Assembly (NCBI GenBank): GCA_963662585.1
Contig: OY759729.1
Coordinates: 448,001 to 512,000, forward strand
DNA from: Candidatus Cloacimonadales bacterium
GTDB taxonomy: Bacteria > Cloacimonadota > Cloacimonadia > Cloacimonadales > JAFGVF01
Reading direction: 5' to 3'
Length of the DNA: 64,000 nucleotides
Below the pieces are notes generated by a model. The model was not told the origin of the DNA, made no database searches, and was given only the letters and a program-made list of their open reading frames with translations. Positions 30,817 through 39,684 of the stretch are shown piece by piece. The translations under genes were made by a program, and so were the position numbers. The stretch's first letter is position 1. Every line of letters starts with the position of its first letter.

Positions 30817-31011
30817 AATTATCTCCTTAATTGTGGTTTTATATTTCTACATTACTAATTTGGGCATGTTCTTTATGTTTATACATTTTTTATTCCAATT
30901 TTCTATTTATTTCAGCTTATAATCAAGATTAAGTAATTTTAGTTACTTGTAGGAATACAAATTGCATATATCTATTATATAAGTTAATAGAATTTAATCT
31001 GGAGGAAATAT

Positions 31012-34000
31012 ATGAAGAAATTTTTATACTTGCTTATAGGTCTGATGCTTGTTTCAAGCTTAACGGCTATAAGTAATGAACAGGTAGCAACCAGAGGGAA
31101 TAGTGTAAATTACTCTTATGAGTTAACCCGTAACGAAGAAACCCCATCTATTATAAGTAAGACTTTTGCCATACCAGCAACAGAAGCTGAATTATCAATT
31201 AATTCTGCTCTTCTTGTTACTTATAATAGTAATGGTGAGATTATAGAATCAACTCGTAATGTAGGAGAAGATTTTGTAACTTTAACCAAAAGTTTCCAAA
31301 TGCGTGAAATGTATGGATTCACAGTTGATATTAAAGTTCAACAAGACTTAAGAAATGGCTATCAAGTTTTAGAAGCTGTTGATTTCGAAATTAGAGGAAG
31401 TAATACTATAGAGCTTCCTACTGAAATTTCTCAAGCATTCTTAGCTTCTTATAAAAAATTTGCTGTTAATTTTGATGATTCTTATCTAGCATCCTTACCA
31501 CTTTCTCAACCTAAGATGCTTATAGTTAACTCTTCATCAACTTTAGATACTTTCCTAAATCTCTTCATTAAATGGAAAAGAGCTTCTGGTTTCCAAGTTG
31601 ACACTATCTTAAAAGATCCATCTTGGACTTCTGCATCTATAGTGAAGCAAAATATTGCTGCATTTTATGAAGATCATAAACCTGATTATATTCTCTTGAT
31701 TGGAGACACTTCAGGATCTTTTGTAATTCCTACTAATATGTTTATATCACCAGATGGAACAGAAAATGATGCTGATGATAATTTCTATACTATGTTAGCT
31801 GGTAATGATGATGATTATTTCCCAGAAGCATTAATTGGTCGTTTTTCAATTGGAGATCCTTTAAGTTTAGGAACTCAAGCTTTTAAAACAATAACTTATG
31901 AAAAAGAGCCTGATATTGAAGCAGGTGCTGATAATGCTTGGATGACTAAAGCTCTTGTTGTTGCAGGTAACTTTGCTGAAAATAACTTACAACCAAGTAC
32001 ACCTGTTAGAATGTCTAGATGGGTTAGAGAAAAATTCTTAGAAAAAGGATTTACTCAAGTTGACACAGTATTTTATCCTCCAACATACCCTGGAACACAA
32101 GCAATTACCTCTTCAGTAACTAATGGTGCTCAGTATATATCTTACCGTGGCTGGGGTGATGCTAATGGTTGGCACTATCCTCATTTCCATATTGGTGATT
32201 TAGCAGATACCAATAATATTAACAAACTCCCTATTGTTTATTCAATAGTATGTAACACAGGAGACTTTGCTAATTCTGTAAATCCAAGTTTTGGTGAATA
32301 TTGGATGAGAATGGGTTCAATAGCTAACCCTAAGGGCTGTGTAGCTTTTGTAGGACCTTCAGATCTCCATACTAAAACTAAGTTTAATAATGCAATCTCA
32401 ACTGGTATGTTCGCTAGTTTCTTGCAAGAAGATAACAGAATATTTGGTACAACAGTTCTAGATGGTAAAATTGAATTATATAATAACTATCCATTAGATA
32501 GAGAAGATGGTGGTTATGTGCAATTCTATTTCCATGTCTATAATATGCTTAATGATCCTTCACTTAAGATGTGGGTTAAAATACCTCAAGCAATCAATGT
32601 TAGCAATATTCCAAACTCTCTTGATAGAGGAAGTAGTTATCTTGAATTAGATCTTCCTGCTGGCTTAGAAGATGCTATTGTTACAACTACTAAAGATGAA
32701 ATTAATTACGAATTTGTAAGAGTTATCAATGGTACAGCAATTGTTCCTATCAATACAGAAATTGAAGGTGATGAAGTTAAATTAACTATTACTAAAGAAA
32801 ACTATAAGCCTTTCACTGCTGATATTCCTGTTAATAGTAATAACAATATTGCTATTATAGGTTCAGAATTAGGTGGTATTCTCCAACCTGGAATTAGCAC
32901 AAGTCTCACTCTTGAATTGAAGAACTATGGTAATGAATACAACAATGTTATTGCTAACCTTAGCAGTGTCAATCCTAATGTAGCTATTATGGAAAGCTCG
33001 CTGACTATCGGTAATATGAGTGCAGGTGGAACAGCAACAGTTACTTTTGAAATTGCTATTACTTCTGAGGCAGAATTTGCAGAAGTAGTAGAATTTGAAC
33101 TTTCATTAACACCTTCAGGTAATACTGAAAAGTTTACTAAAACTCTAGGTGGTGGCTTCCCAAGTTATCTTCAACATTCTGGAGAAATGCTTGTTGGCGA
33201 TTCAAACCAGTTACAAGTTACTTTCAGAAATATTGGTAATGTAAATTTAGCTTCTGGTAATGTTAGAGTAAGAGCTCTTCATTCTGCAGTAGTTAATAGT
33301 GATATTAATGTGGAATATAACTCTGCTCTTATCAATAATACAACGATTGTTACTTTCTCTCCTGAAATTGACGCTACTGCAACTCCAGGAACTCATGTTC
33401 CATTTAGATTTGACTTCTCAGAAGCTCTTTCAGCTTATACTGTTACTCAGTATGTTATCATCCCGATTAGTGGTGTAACAGATTCTCACCCTACTGGTCC
33501 TGATGCTCACGGTTATTATGTTTATGGCAGTAATGATACAAGTTATTCCTCTGCCCCAGCATATAACTGGATGGATATAGATCCAAGTGAAGGTGGAGCT
33601 GGTACGGTTCGTATCGTAGCTGATGATGAATCCTTCGTAACAGATTTACCTTTCGCCTTCAGATATTATGGCCAAGACTTTAATGAAGTCACTATCTGTT
33701 CGAATGGTTGGATGAGCTTTGGCTCAACTTGGTATGTTAACTTTACTAATTCAGCTATTCCATCAGCTTTAGGTCCTAAAAATCAACTTTGTCCAAACTG
33801 GGATGACTTGAAAGGACTTCAAACTGAACAAAATGTTTTTGCTGATATGAGAGTTAGTACTTATCATGATGAAGCAAATAACAGATTCATAATTGAGTGG
33901 AATGATACTTATTCCCAATCAACTATTGATGAATATGAAGATGCTGACTTGCAGAAGTTCCAAGTTATCTTAGAACCTATGCCTGATGAAGATGGTGATA

Positions 34001-34494
34001 TTATTTTCCAATATCATACTTTCTCTAATCCTTCAATTGTTAGTAATTACACAACAATAGGTATTATGAATGGAGAAAGAAACGATGGTATTCAGTACTC
34101 TTTTGCAGATTTATACCCTGAATCAGCTCATGCAGTTGAGAGTGAATTCGCTATTAGATTCACTAAAACTCCTCCTGATAGTTTTGTTAGTAACGATGAT
34201 AGTGTTCAAGTACCTCAATCTTACCTAAGACAAAATTATCCAAACCCATTTAATCCAGAAACAACTATTACTTTTGCTCTTAAAACTAAAAGTACTAATT
34301 TTGAGCTATCTGTCTATAATGTCAAAGGTCAGTTGGTTAAAACTCTTGTTAATGGAACAGTGGAAGCAGGTGTTCATTCAGTTGTCTGGAATGGTACTAA
34401 TAACCAAGATCATACTGTCGCAAGTGGCGTTTATTACTATAAATTAAAATCTGAGAATCAAAGCTTAACCAAGAAAATGATTCTGATGAAATAG
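31012..34494 (+). CDS. Peptidase C25 (gingipain/PorU-like) family protein with C-terminal sorting domain
   Basis: FIKWKRASGF, YILLIGD, DNFY, PEALIGRFS, KTITYE, SYRGWG, VCNTGDF, FGEYW; QNYPNPFNPET...KKMILMK; RBS GGAGG. Confidence 0.88.
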   Translation: MKKFLYLLIGLMLVSSLTAISNEQVATRGNSVNYSYELTRNEETPSIISKTFAIPATEAELSINSALLVTYNSNGEIIESTRNVGEDFVTLTKSFQMREMYGFTVDIKVQQDLRNGYQVLEAVDFEIRGSNTIELPTEISQAFLASYKKFAVNFDDSYLASLPLSQPKMLIVNSSSTLDTFLNLFIKWKRASGFQVDTILKDPSWTSASIVKQNIAAFYEDHKPDYILLIGDTSGSFVIPTNMFISPDGTENDADDNFYTMLAGNDDDYFPEALIGRFSIGDPLSLGTQAFKTITYEKEPDIEAGADNAWMTKALVVAGNFAENNLQPSTPVRMSRWVREKFLEKGFTQVDTVFYPPTYPGTQAITSSVTNGAQYISYRGWGDANGWHYPHFHIGDLADTNNINKLPIVYSIVCNTGDFANSVNPSFGEYWMRMGSIANPKGCVAFVGPSDLHTKTKFNNAISTGMFASFLQEDNRIFGTTVLDGKIELYNNYPLDREDGGYVQFYFHVYNMLNDPSLKMWVKIPQAINVSNIPNSLDRGSSYLELDLPAGLEDAIVTTTKDEINYEFVRVINGTAIVPINTEIEGDEVKLTITKENYKPFTADIPVNSNNNIAIIGSELGGILQPGISTSLTLELKNYGNEYNNVIANLSSVNPNVAIMESSLTIGNMSAGGTATVTFEIAITSEAEFAEVVEFELSLTPSGNTEKFTKTLGGGFPSYLQHSGEMLVGDSNQLQVTFRNIGNVNLASGNVRVRALHSAVVNSDINVEYNSALINNTTIVTFSPEIDATATPGTHVPFRFDFSEALSAYTVTQYVIIPISGVTDSHPTGPDAHGYYVYGSNDTSYSSAPAYNWMDIDPSEGGAGTVRIVADDESFVTDLPFAFRYYGQDFNEVTICSNGWMSFGSTWYVNFTNSAIPSALGPKNQLCPNWDDLKGLQTEQNVFADMRVSTYHDEANNRFIIEWNDTYSQSTIDEYEDADLQKFQVILEPMPDEDGDIIFQYHTFSNPSIVSNYTTIGIMNGERNDGIQYSFADLYPESAHAVESEFAIRFTKTPPDSFVSNDDSVQVPQSYLRQNYPNPFNPETTITFALKTKSTNFELSVYNVKGQLVKTLVNGTVEAGVHSVVWNGTNNQDHTVASGVYYYKLKSENQSLTKKMILMK

Positions 34495-34614
34495 AAAACT
34501 GGGAGTACCCACTGGGAGCGCCTTCATCTTGAAGGCATCTTAACTGGGAACGCTTGCATCCTTGCAGGCACTTCCATAAATAAAAATATATAAGCCTCGC
34601 TAAATGCGGGGCTT
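34474..34614 (+). repeat. 3' cassette copy 2: KMILMK-stop + two REP-like units + terminator
   Basis: Inverted, near-identical to 25648-25821. Confidence 0.93.
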
Positions 34615-34620
34615 TTGTTT
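34592..34620 (+). terminator. Intrinsic terminator of the C25 gene
   Basis: AAGCCTCGC-TAAAT-GCGGGGCTT-TTGTTT. Confidence 0.78.
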
Positions 34621-34671
34621 ATTCAACTAAAGTATTATGATGGACCTTATTTTGTTATACAAATTTAATTA

Positions 34672-34773
34672 AACCCTTACAGGGTTACACGAATATTGGT
34701 TTGCCATACCCAGGGTCAATTTTTCTTCAAAAAATGAGACCCTGGGCTAATCTATTTAATCCCTTTCAGGGAT
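34672..34773. repeat. Triple-hairpin REP-like element
   Basis: AACCCT-TAC-AGGGTT, CCCAGGGTC...GACCCTGGG, ATCCCT-TTC-AGGGAT; single copy in window. Confidence 0.55.
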
Positions 34774-34988
34774 ATTTTCTAAATTCGCCTGGCTTGGCTC
34801 TGGAGATTCCTTTTAAATCCCCTTAATTCGTGTGAACATGTCCAGTCCTAAATAATTTGACCGATTTTTATAACAATTTTCTTATTGTTTCTTGCTTCTC
34901 CGCTAACGCTGAGAACCACTCTTGTGGGGTATAATTTCAAGGAGGTTACACCTCTAACTGACGAATACCATCCCGTTAGGATTTAAAT

Positions 34989-35117
34989 TATGGAGTGGAA
35001 GCACCCCTAACTGGGAACGCAGGCATCTTGCCTGCACCCAGCATGAAATGCTGGGTAATCTTAAGTAGTCCAGCACTTTGGTGCTGGACGCGGGCTGGAA
35101 TCCCGCATTCCCAGTTA
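34989..35117. repeat. REP doublet (REPIN-like) with nested hairpins
   Basis: TAACTGGGAA(C/T)GC...TTCCCAGTTA inverted ends at 35008 and 35117; four internal palindromes; 34989-35076 recurs inverted at 62087-62174. Confidence 0.85.
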
Positions 35118-35132
35118 AGAAATTATCAATTC

Positions 35133-35903
35133 TTAGACAAACTGATCCCATACTACTTTTATCAAGAGCAAGATTAATACAAAAATAAAAACAGGTTTAA
35201 TGAAGTTATTCCCTTTTTTGATAACCAGGTGTGAGCCAACTAGATTGCCAAGAATCCCGCATATTGCAGCCGGTATGGCAATTTCATAATTAACTTTACC
35301 ACTAGCAATAAAAGTTACTACAGCTGCAAGATTAGAAGCTAAATTCACAACTTTAGCATTAGCATTAGCCACCACAAAATCGTAACTAAGAACAGAGGTA
35401 TAGATTAAAATAAGGAAAGCTCCTGTGCCAGGACCAAAGAAACCATCGTAGAAGCCAATACCTAATCCTGCGATTACAGCAGTGATAAGTTTCTTTTTCA
35501 GGCTTACTGTATGAGAGTTATTTACTTTCCCTAATTTCTTGTTAAAAATAAGGACTATAGCGATAACAGGTAAGGCAATAATCAGCAAGAGATTAAGAAA
35601 ATTTGGTGATAAGTAAAGAACTGTTTTTGTTCCTAAGAAAGAGCCAATCAGGGCAAAGATAGCACTGAACAAGGCAACTTTAGTATCGATAAGATTATTA
35701 CGGAAAAATTTAATTGTCGTAAAAATAGTTCCGTTTGCTGAGGAGAACTTATTGTTTCCTAAAGCAAAATGAGGGGGGAGTCCTGCTGCAAGATAAGCTG
35801 GTATAGAGATTAATCCTCCACCACCTGCCATTGAGTCGATTAATCCTGCTAAAAAGATTGCAGGAAGGATAATAAACATTCCATAGGGTTGTAACATTTC
35901 CAT
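35133..35903 (-). CDS. TauE/SafE (TSUP) family transporter
   Basis: AGLIDSMAGGGGLIS, ALGNNK, GFYDGFFGPGTG, ANAKVVNLASN. Confidence 0.9.
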   Translation of the reverse strand: MEMLQPYGMFIILPAIFLAGLIDSMAGGGGLISIPAYLAAGLPPHFALGNNKFSSANGTIFTTIKFFRNNLIDTKVALFSAIFALIGSFLGTKTVLYLSPNFLNLLLIIALPVIAIVLIFNKKLGKVNNSHTVSLKKKLITAVIAGLGIGFYDGFFGPGTGAFLILIYTSVLSYDFVVANANAKVVNLASNLAAVVTFIASGKVNYEIAIPAAICGILGNLVGSHLVIKKGNNFIKPVFIFVLILLLIKVVWDQFV

Positions 35904-35905
35904 GA

Positions 35906-38900
35906 TTAGAATTCTGCCTTAATTTCGATATTTAGATTGTTTTCTATATTATCATCCGGATATTTGTTTCCGAAGTAGGATAGATTAATTGTAATAAATT
36001 GATTATAGGAATATTTTGCTGAGATATTCCATTTAGTAGAAAAGCCTTCTCTCTTTTCAGGTAAAAATACTAAGTAAGTAGAGCCGTCTCGCATAGTATA
36101 AATAAGGTCATTATTAAATTGAATTAAGTACTTATTAGCAAAACTAGCTGTTAGGATATTATTCCAAGATGTTACAGTCAAATTATAGTCATCAGAATCT
36201 GAACTAGATTTACCTTCTTCTAGGTTTAGCTTTAGATTAGCATTATAAATATAATTTTGGAGGAAATTATTCTGATATTTAAGCGTTGTCGTATAATCAT
36301 TTATCTGAGAATCATAGCGTGTATCAGTCTCTTCTCTAAAGGTGAATTGAGCTCCAACATTACCATATCTTAATCTTCTAAGCATTAATTCATTATCTAT
36401 TACCCTAATCTTAGTTTTATTAACATCTTGATAACGATTATCTAAAACTTTATCCCATTCCAAGGAGAACTTGTAGTTAAATTTCCGATTATCAGAATTA
36501 AAATTAAGGCTAGTTTGTGTATTATTTCTTCCGTAAAGAGTAGTTTCAGGATTCATAAGAACTTGAGGATTTAAGAAATATAACTTTAATTTTTCACTTG
36601 TTTTAGAATTTTCAGAAAGCAAGGTTCTAACCTCTGCTGAAAGGTTTTTCCAGAAGAAAGTATCAGTGAAGCGACTTAGTCTTAAAAAGCTATTCGCTCC
36701 TAAATTTAATTCTGTGGAGAGTTCAGGTTGACCAGAATTAACATAAAGCCAGTCATAATCTCCATCATCTTGATAGACTCCCAAGGAGTCATAATCTCCT
36801 GCTCCTTGGCCAATGAATTGGAGTTCGCGTATTTTAGGATAAAACTCTAAATTATTAATCTTGTAGTTATAACTAAAATCCCAGCCATTATCAAACATGG
36901 AGTGAGTAGAATTTATCCTAATCATATTGAAAGTATTATCTTCTTCTGTCTCTTGATAACTATCAACTTTTCTATAGGTATATTCTATATTGGAGTTATG
37001 ATTATCAAAACTTAATAGCAAGTCACTTGAAGAAGTCTGAGATTTACTTTGCTTTTTCCACACTTCTTCTACTAAGTTTCTTTTGTTATCATGCCAATAA
37101 GAAGTTGAAATATGAAGATTAGTTAAATCATAACTACTTAGAGAATAGTTATATTTCTCATATTTATAACCAAATTTTTGTTCTTCTGTAAGTTTATCTT
37201 CACTCCTTTCTTTAATAAGTTCAAATTTCCCACCAATAAAAGCAATTCTCTTCCCTATTTCGAAATAGTGATTAGTATAGGAGTAACTATCTTGAATTTC
37301 AAGATCATAGTCTATTTCTCTACTTGTAAATTGATAGCCAAGCTTAGGAATATAGCTTTGTTCATCAAGAAAGAAATTAAATGTTAATAAGTCACTTTCT
37401 AACAGACTAGGAAACTTTTGCTCTTTAAAGAGAAAGGAAAGTCTAAAATAACTTTTTAGGTCAAAATCACTAGCTATCTTGATACTTTGTGATTTAAGAG
37501 AATCATATTTGGTCGCTACTCCCCCATAGCTTAATTCTAAAGGATTTTCCAGATCAGCGAATGATGTCAAATGTTTTGTTTTCTTCTCATAAGATAATTT
37601 ATTATTGCTTTCCCAGATATCATTATCATGATTAAAATTAAGAGAAGCTTGAGAGATAAATCCCTGATTATCAGAATCTTGTTTAGAAGATAGAGTATTT
37701 CGATCATAGTCAGAGAGAAGTGTTTCCAATTCTAAGTAGATAGATTCTAAACCAAATCTAAGAATCATATCATAATTACTTAGACTTTGGGGAGGAGTTA
37801 GCTTTCTAATGGGTTCATAATCACCATTACCTGCACCTAGGAACTCATATCTATTAGGAGAATATTCATAATAACTTCCTTCACCTACTCCGACATAAGA
37901 GAAATAAATATTGTAATTCCCTGTTGAGCCTAAACCCACATAGGTGTAAATCAACTCTCCTTCAGAATTAATTTCGGCTATATAATTACCTTCCCCACTT
38001 TCTACTTCATAAATACCATTAGCATAAACAACACTATCACCGGCTTCAGCAAAAGCTGTTAAATCTTCATCAGTATGGATATCTTCTAAGGGATTAGAAC
38101 TATCATCACCACGATGAATAACATTCACTCCTATGTTTAAGAAATCTGTTATTTTATAGTTAGTAGAAGCCAAATAAATATTGTTTCTGTATTTTTCATC
38201 ACTATACTCAAAAGTAATATAGATTTCTGTTTCAGAAGTTACCAGATTCTCGAAAGTAAGACTTCCTTCACTATAATCAATAAAGTAATCTATTCCTCTT
38301 GTTACCTTTACACCGTCAATATACACTATTTCAGAATTAGCAATGATGCTTACATATTGATTTGAATCTGATATATAGATATAATAAGGACCTTGCTTAC
38401 CTTCAATACAAGTGAATTTATAAGAACTATTCTTGCCTTGAGAAACTGCTAAAGCTCCCCAAAAGTCATTTTGAATATCAAAATTACCAGTATAAACATT
38501 CGTCTTATCCTGATAAAGTCCTAACTTTAAACCATCAAATTGGGATAGGTAGTTAATATAAGAAGTATTTGTAATTTCGTGGGTTAAATCTCCAAAAGAT
38601 AGTTCAAAATTATTGTTGAAGAGGGAAATAAAAACTCGATCTAAAGAACTTAACTCTCTTGAACTTCCTTCCACAGAAATAGGAGAGTTACTATCTGATA
38701 ACTGGGCTTCAACATACAGATTAGAGGCAATTTCACCTGAAAGTTTTAAATAAAGGGATTGATTAATATCAAAATCTTTTTTATCAGAGAAGGAGATTGC
38801 AAATGTTTTTGAACCATTGATTAGGAGCTTATTATTATCAAAGAATAAGTTTTTATTCTCTCTCTTTTTTACTATGTAAGTGGAATCTGCACTTAACTCT

Positions 38901-39214
38901 ATCTTATAGAGAAAAAGGGGTTCTAAAAATTCTTGGGGAATAACTTTGTATTCTATTTTAAGTTGTTGCTGGCTTTTGATTGATTCAGTTAGAGGATTTA
39001 CTATTCCGGTTTTATAATCTATTTCATAATCTTCTCCACGAATAAAGGATAAAGAATCAGCTGTAATTTTCTCTGAGTAGTGAATTAAGTTAGTGTTGGA
39101 AAGATTTATGGGAGGAAATTGAGGTGATATATATTCAGTAAAGCAGTAATTTACTTCTTTTCCTTCAAGGAGAAACAGCGCTAATAAGAAGAGAATTATC
39201 AGACATTTTTTCAT
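35906..39214 (-). CDS. Large outer-membrane beta-barrel protein, unknown function (SprA-like motifs)
   Basis: Signal peptide; two RGxDYxIDYxxG repeats; long amphipathic beta-strand region; terminal Phe (IKAEF). Confidence 0.65.
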   Translation of the reverse strand: MKKCLIILFLLALFLLEGKEVNYCFTEYISPQFPPINLSNTNLIHYSEKITADSLSFIRGEDYEIDYKTGIVNPLTESIKSQQQLKIEYKVIPQEFLEPLFLYKIELSADSTYIVKKRENKNLFFDNNKLLINGSKTFAISFSDKKDFDINQSLYLKLSGEIASNLYVEAQLSDSNSPISVEGSSRELSSLDRVFISLFNNNFELSFGDLTHEITNTSYINYLSQFDGLKLGLYQDKTNVYTGNFDIQNDFWGALAVSQGKNSSYKFTCIEGKQGPYYIYISDSNQYVSIIANSEIVYIDGVKVTRGIDYFIDYSEGSLTFENLVTSETEIYITFEYSDEKYRNNIYLASTNYKITDFLNIGVNVIHRGDDSSNPLEDIHTDEDLTAFAEAGDSVVYANGIYEVESGEGNYIAEINSEGELIYTYVGLGSTGNYNIYFSYVGVGEGSYYEYSPNRYEFLGAGNGDYEPIRKLTPPQSLSNYDMILRFGLESIYLELETLLSDYDRNTLSSKQDSDNQGFISQASLNFNHDNDIWESNNKLSYEKKTKHLTSFADLENPLELSYGGVATKYDSLKSQSIKIASDFDLKSYFRLSFLFKEQKFPSLLESDLLTFNFFLDEQSYIPKLGYQFTSREIDYDLEIQDSYSYTNHYFEIGKRIAFIGGKFELIKERSEDKLTEEQKFGYKYEKYNYSLSSYDLTNLHISTSYWHDNKRNLVEEVWKKQSKSQTSSSDLLLSFDNHNSNIEYTYRKVDSYQETEEDNTFNMIRINSTHSMFDNGWDFSYNYKINNLEFYPKIRELQFIGQGAGDYDSLGVYQDDGDYDWLYVNSGQPELSTELNLGANSFLRLSRFTDTFFWKNLSAEVRTLLSENSKTSEKLKLYFLNPQVLMNPETTLYGRNNTQTSLNFNSDNRKFNYKFSLEWDKVLDNRYQDVNKTKIRVIDNELMLRRLRYGNVGAQFTFREETDTRYDSQINDYTTTLKYQNNFLQNYIYNANLKLNLEEGKSSSDSDDYNLTVTSWNNILTASFANKYLIQFNNDLIYTMRDGSTYLVFLPEKREGFSTKWNISAKYSYNQFITINLSYFGNKYPDDNIENNLNIEIKAEF

Positions 39215-39219
39215 CTATT

Positions 39220-39684
39220 TTAATAGAATTTAACTGAGTAATCAATAAGCTTTTTATTTTGATAAGTGAATTTTGCAGAGAAGAAGCTCTTTTCTAGCAT
39301 CCATTTTATAAAGTATTTATCTCCTTCCCACAAGTTTAAATCTAACAATTTATCTGTAGCTACCCACTCTAATTTACCTTCTGGTGAGTCTATTAAATCC
39401 CCAGTAAATTCAGAAGCTTGGTAAAGAAAGACTTGCCAATCATTAATCCCATCAAACAATGGGAAAGTTAGTAAACCAGCTAATCTATAGGAAGTTAATG
39501 TTAAACCGCTCTCCTCTTTAATCTCCCTAATCAAGCACTCTTCAGGAGATTCTCCACTTTCTACTTTCCCTCCTAGACCATTCCACTTGTCTTGATGAAT
39601 ATCATTCTCTTTTTTTACTCTGTGCAACATCAAAGTATGCTCATCTTGTTGGATATAACAAAGGGTAGCATTAATTATTTTCAT
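39220..39684 (-). CDS. NUDIX hydrolase, 8-oxo-dGTP diphosphatase (MTH1/MutX-like)
   Basis: WNGLGGKVESGESPEECLIREIKEESGL Nudix box; EG.LEW, LWEGD. Confidence 0.9.
   Translation of the reverse strand: MKIINATLCYIQQDEHTLMLHRVKKENDIHQDKWNGLGGKVESGESPEECLIREIKEESGLTLTSYRLAGLLTFPLFDGINDWQVFLYQASEFTGDLIDSPEGKLEWVATDKLLDLNLWEGDKYFIKWMLEKSFFSAKFTYQNKKLIDYSVKFY

Noticed and set aside
25648..34614. Composite transposon or promoter-switching invertible element
   Set aside because: No transposase or recombinase, no target duplication seen; the repeats begin within coding ends and promoters are internal, so inversion would not switch expression.
34790..34980. Integron cassette array
   Set aside because: Only one weak attC-like candidate, with no cassette ORF and no integrase.
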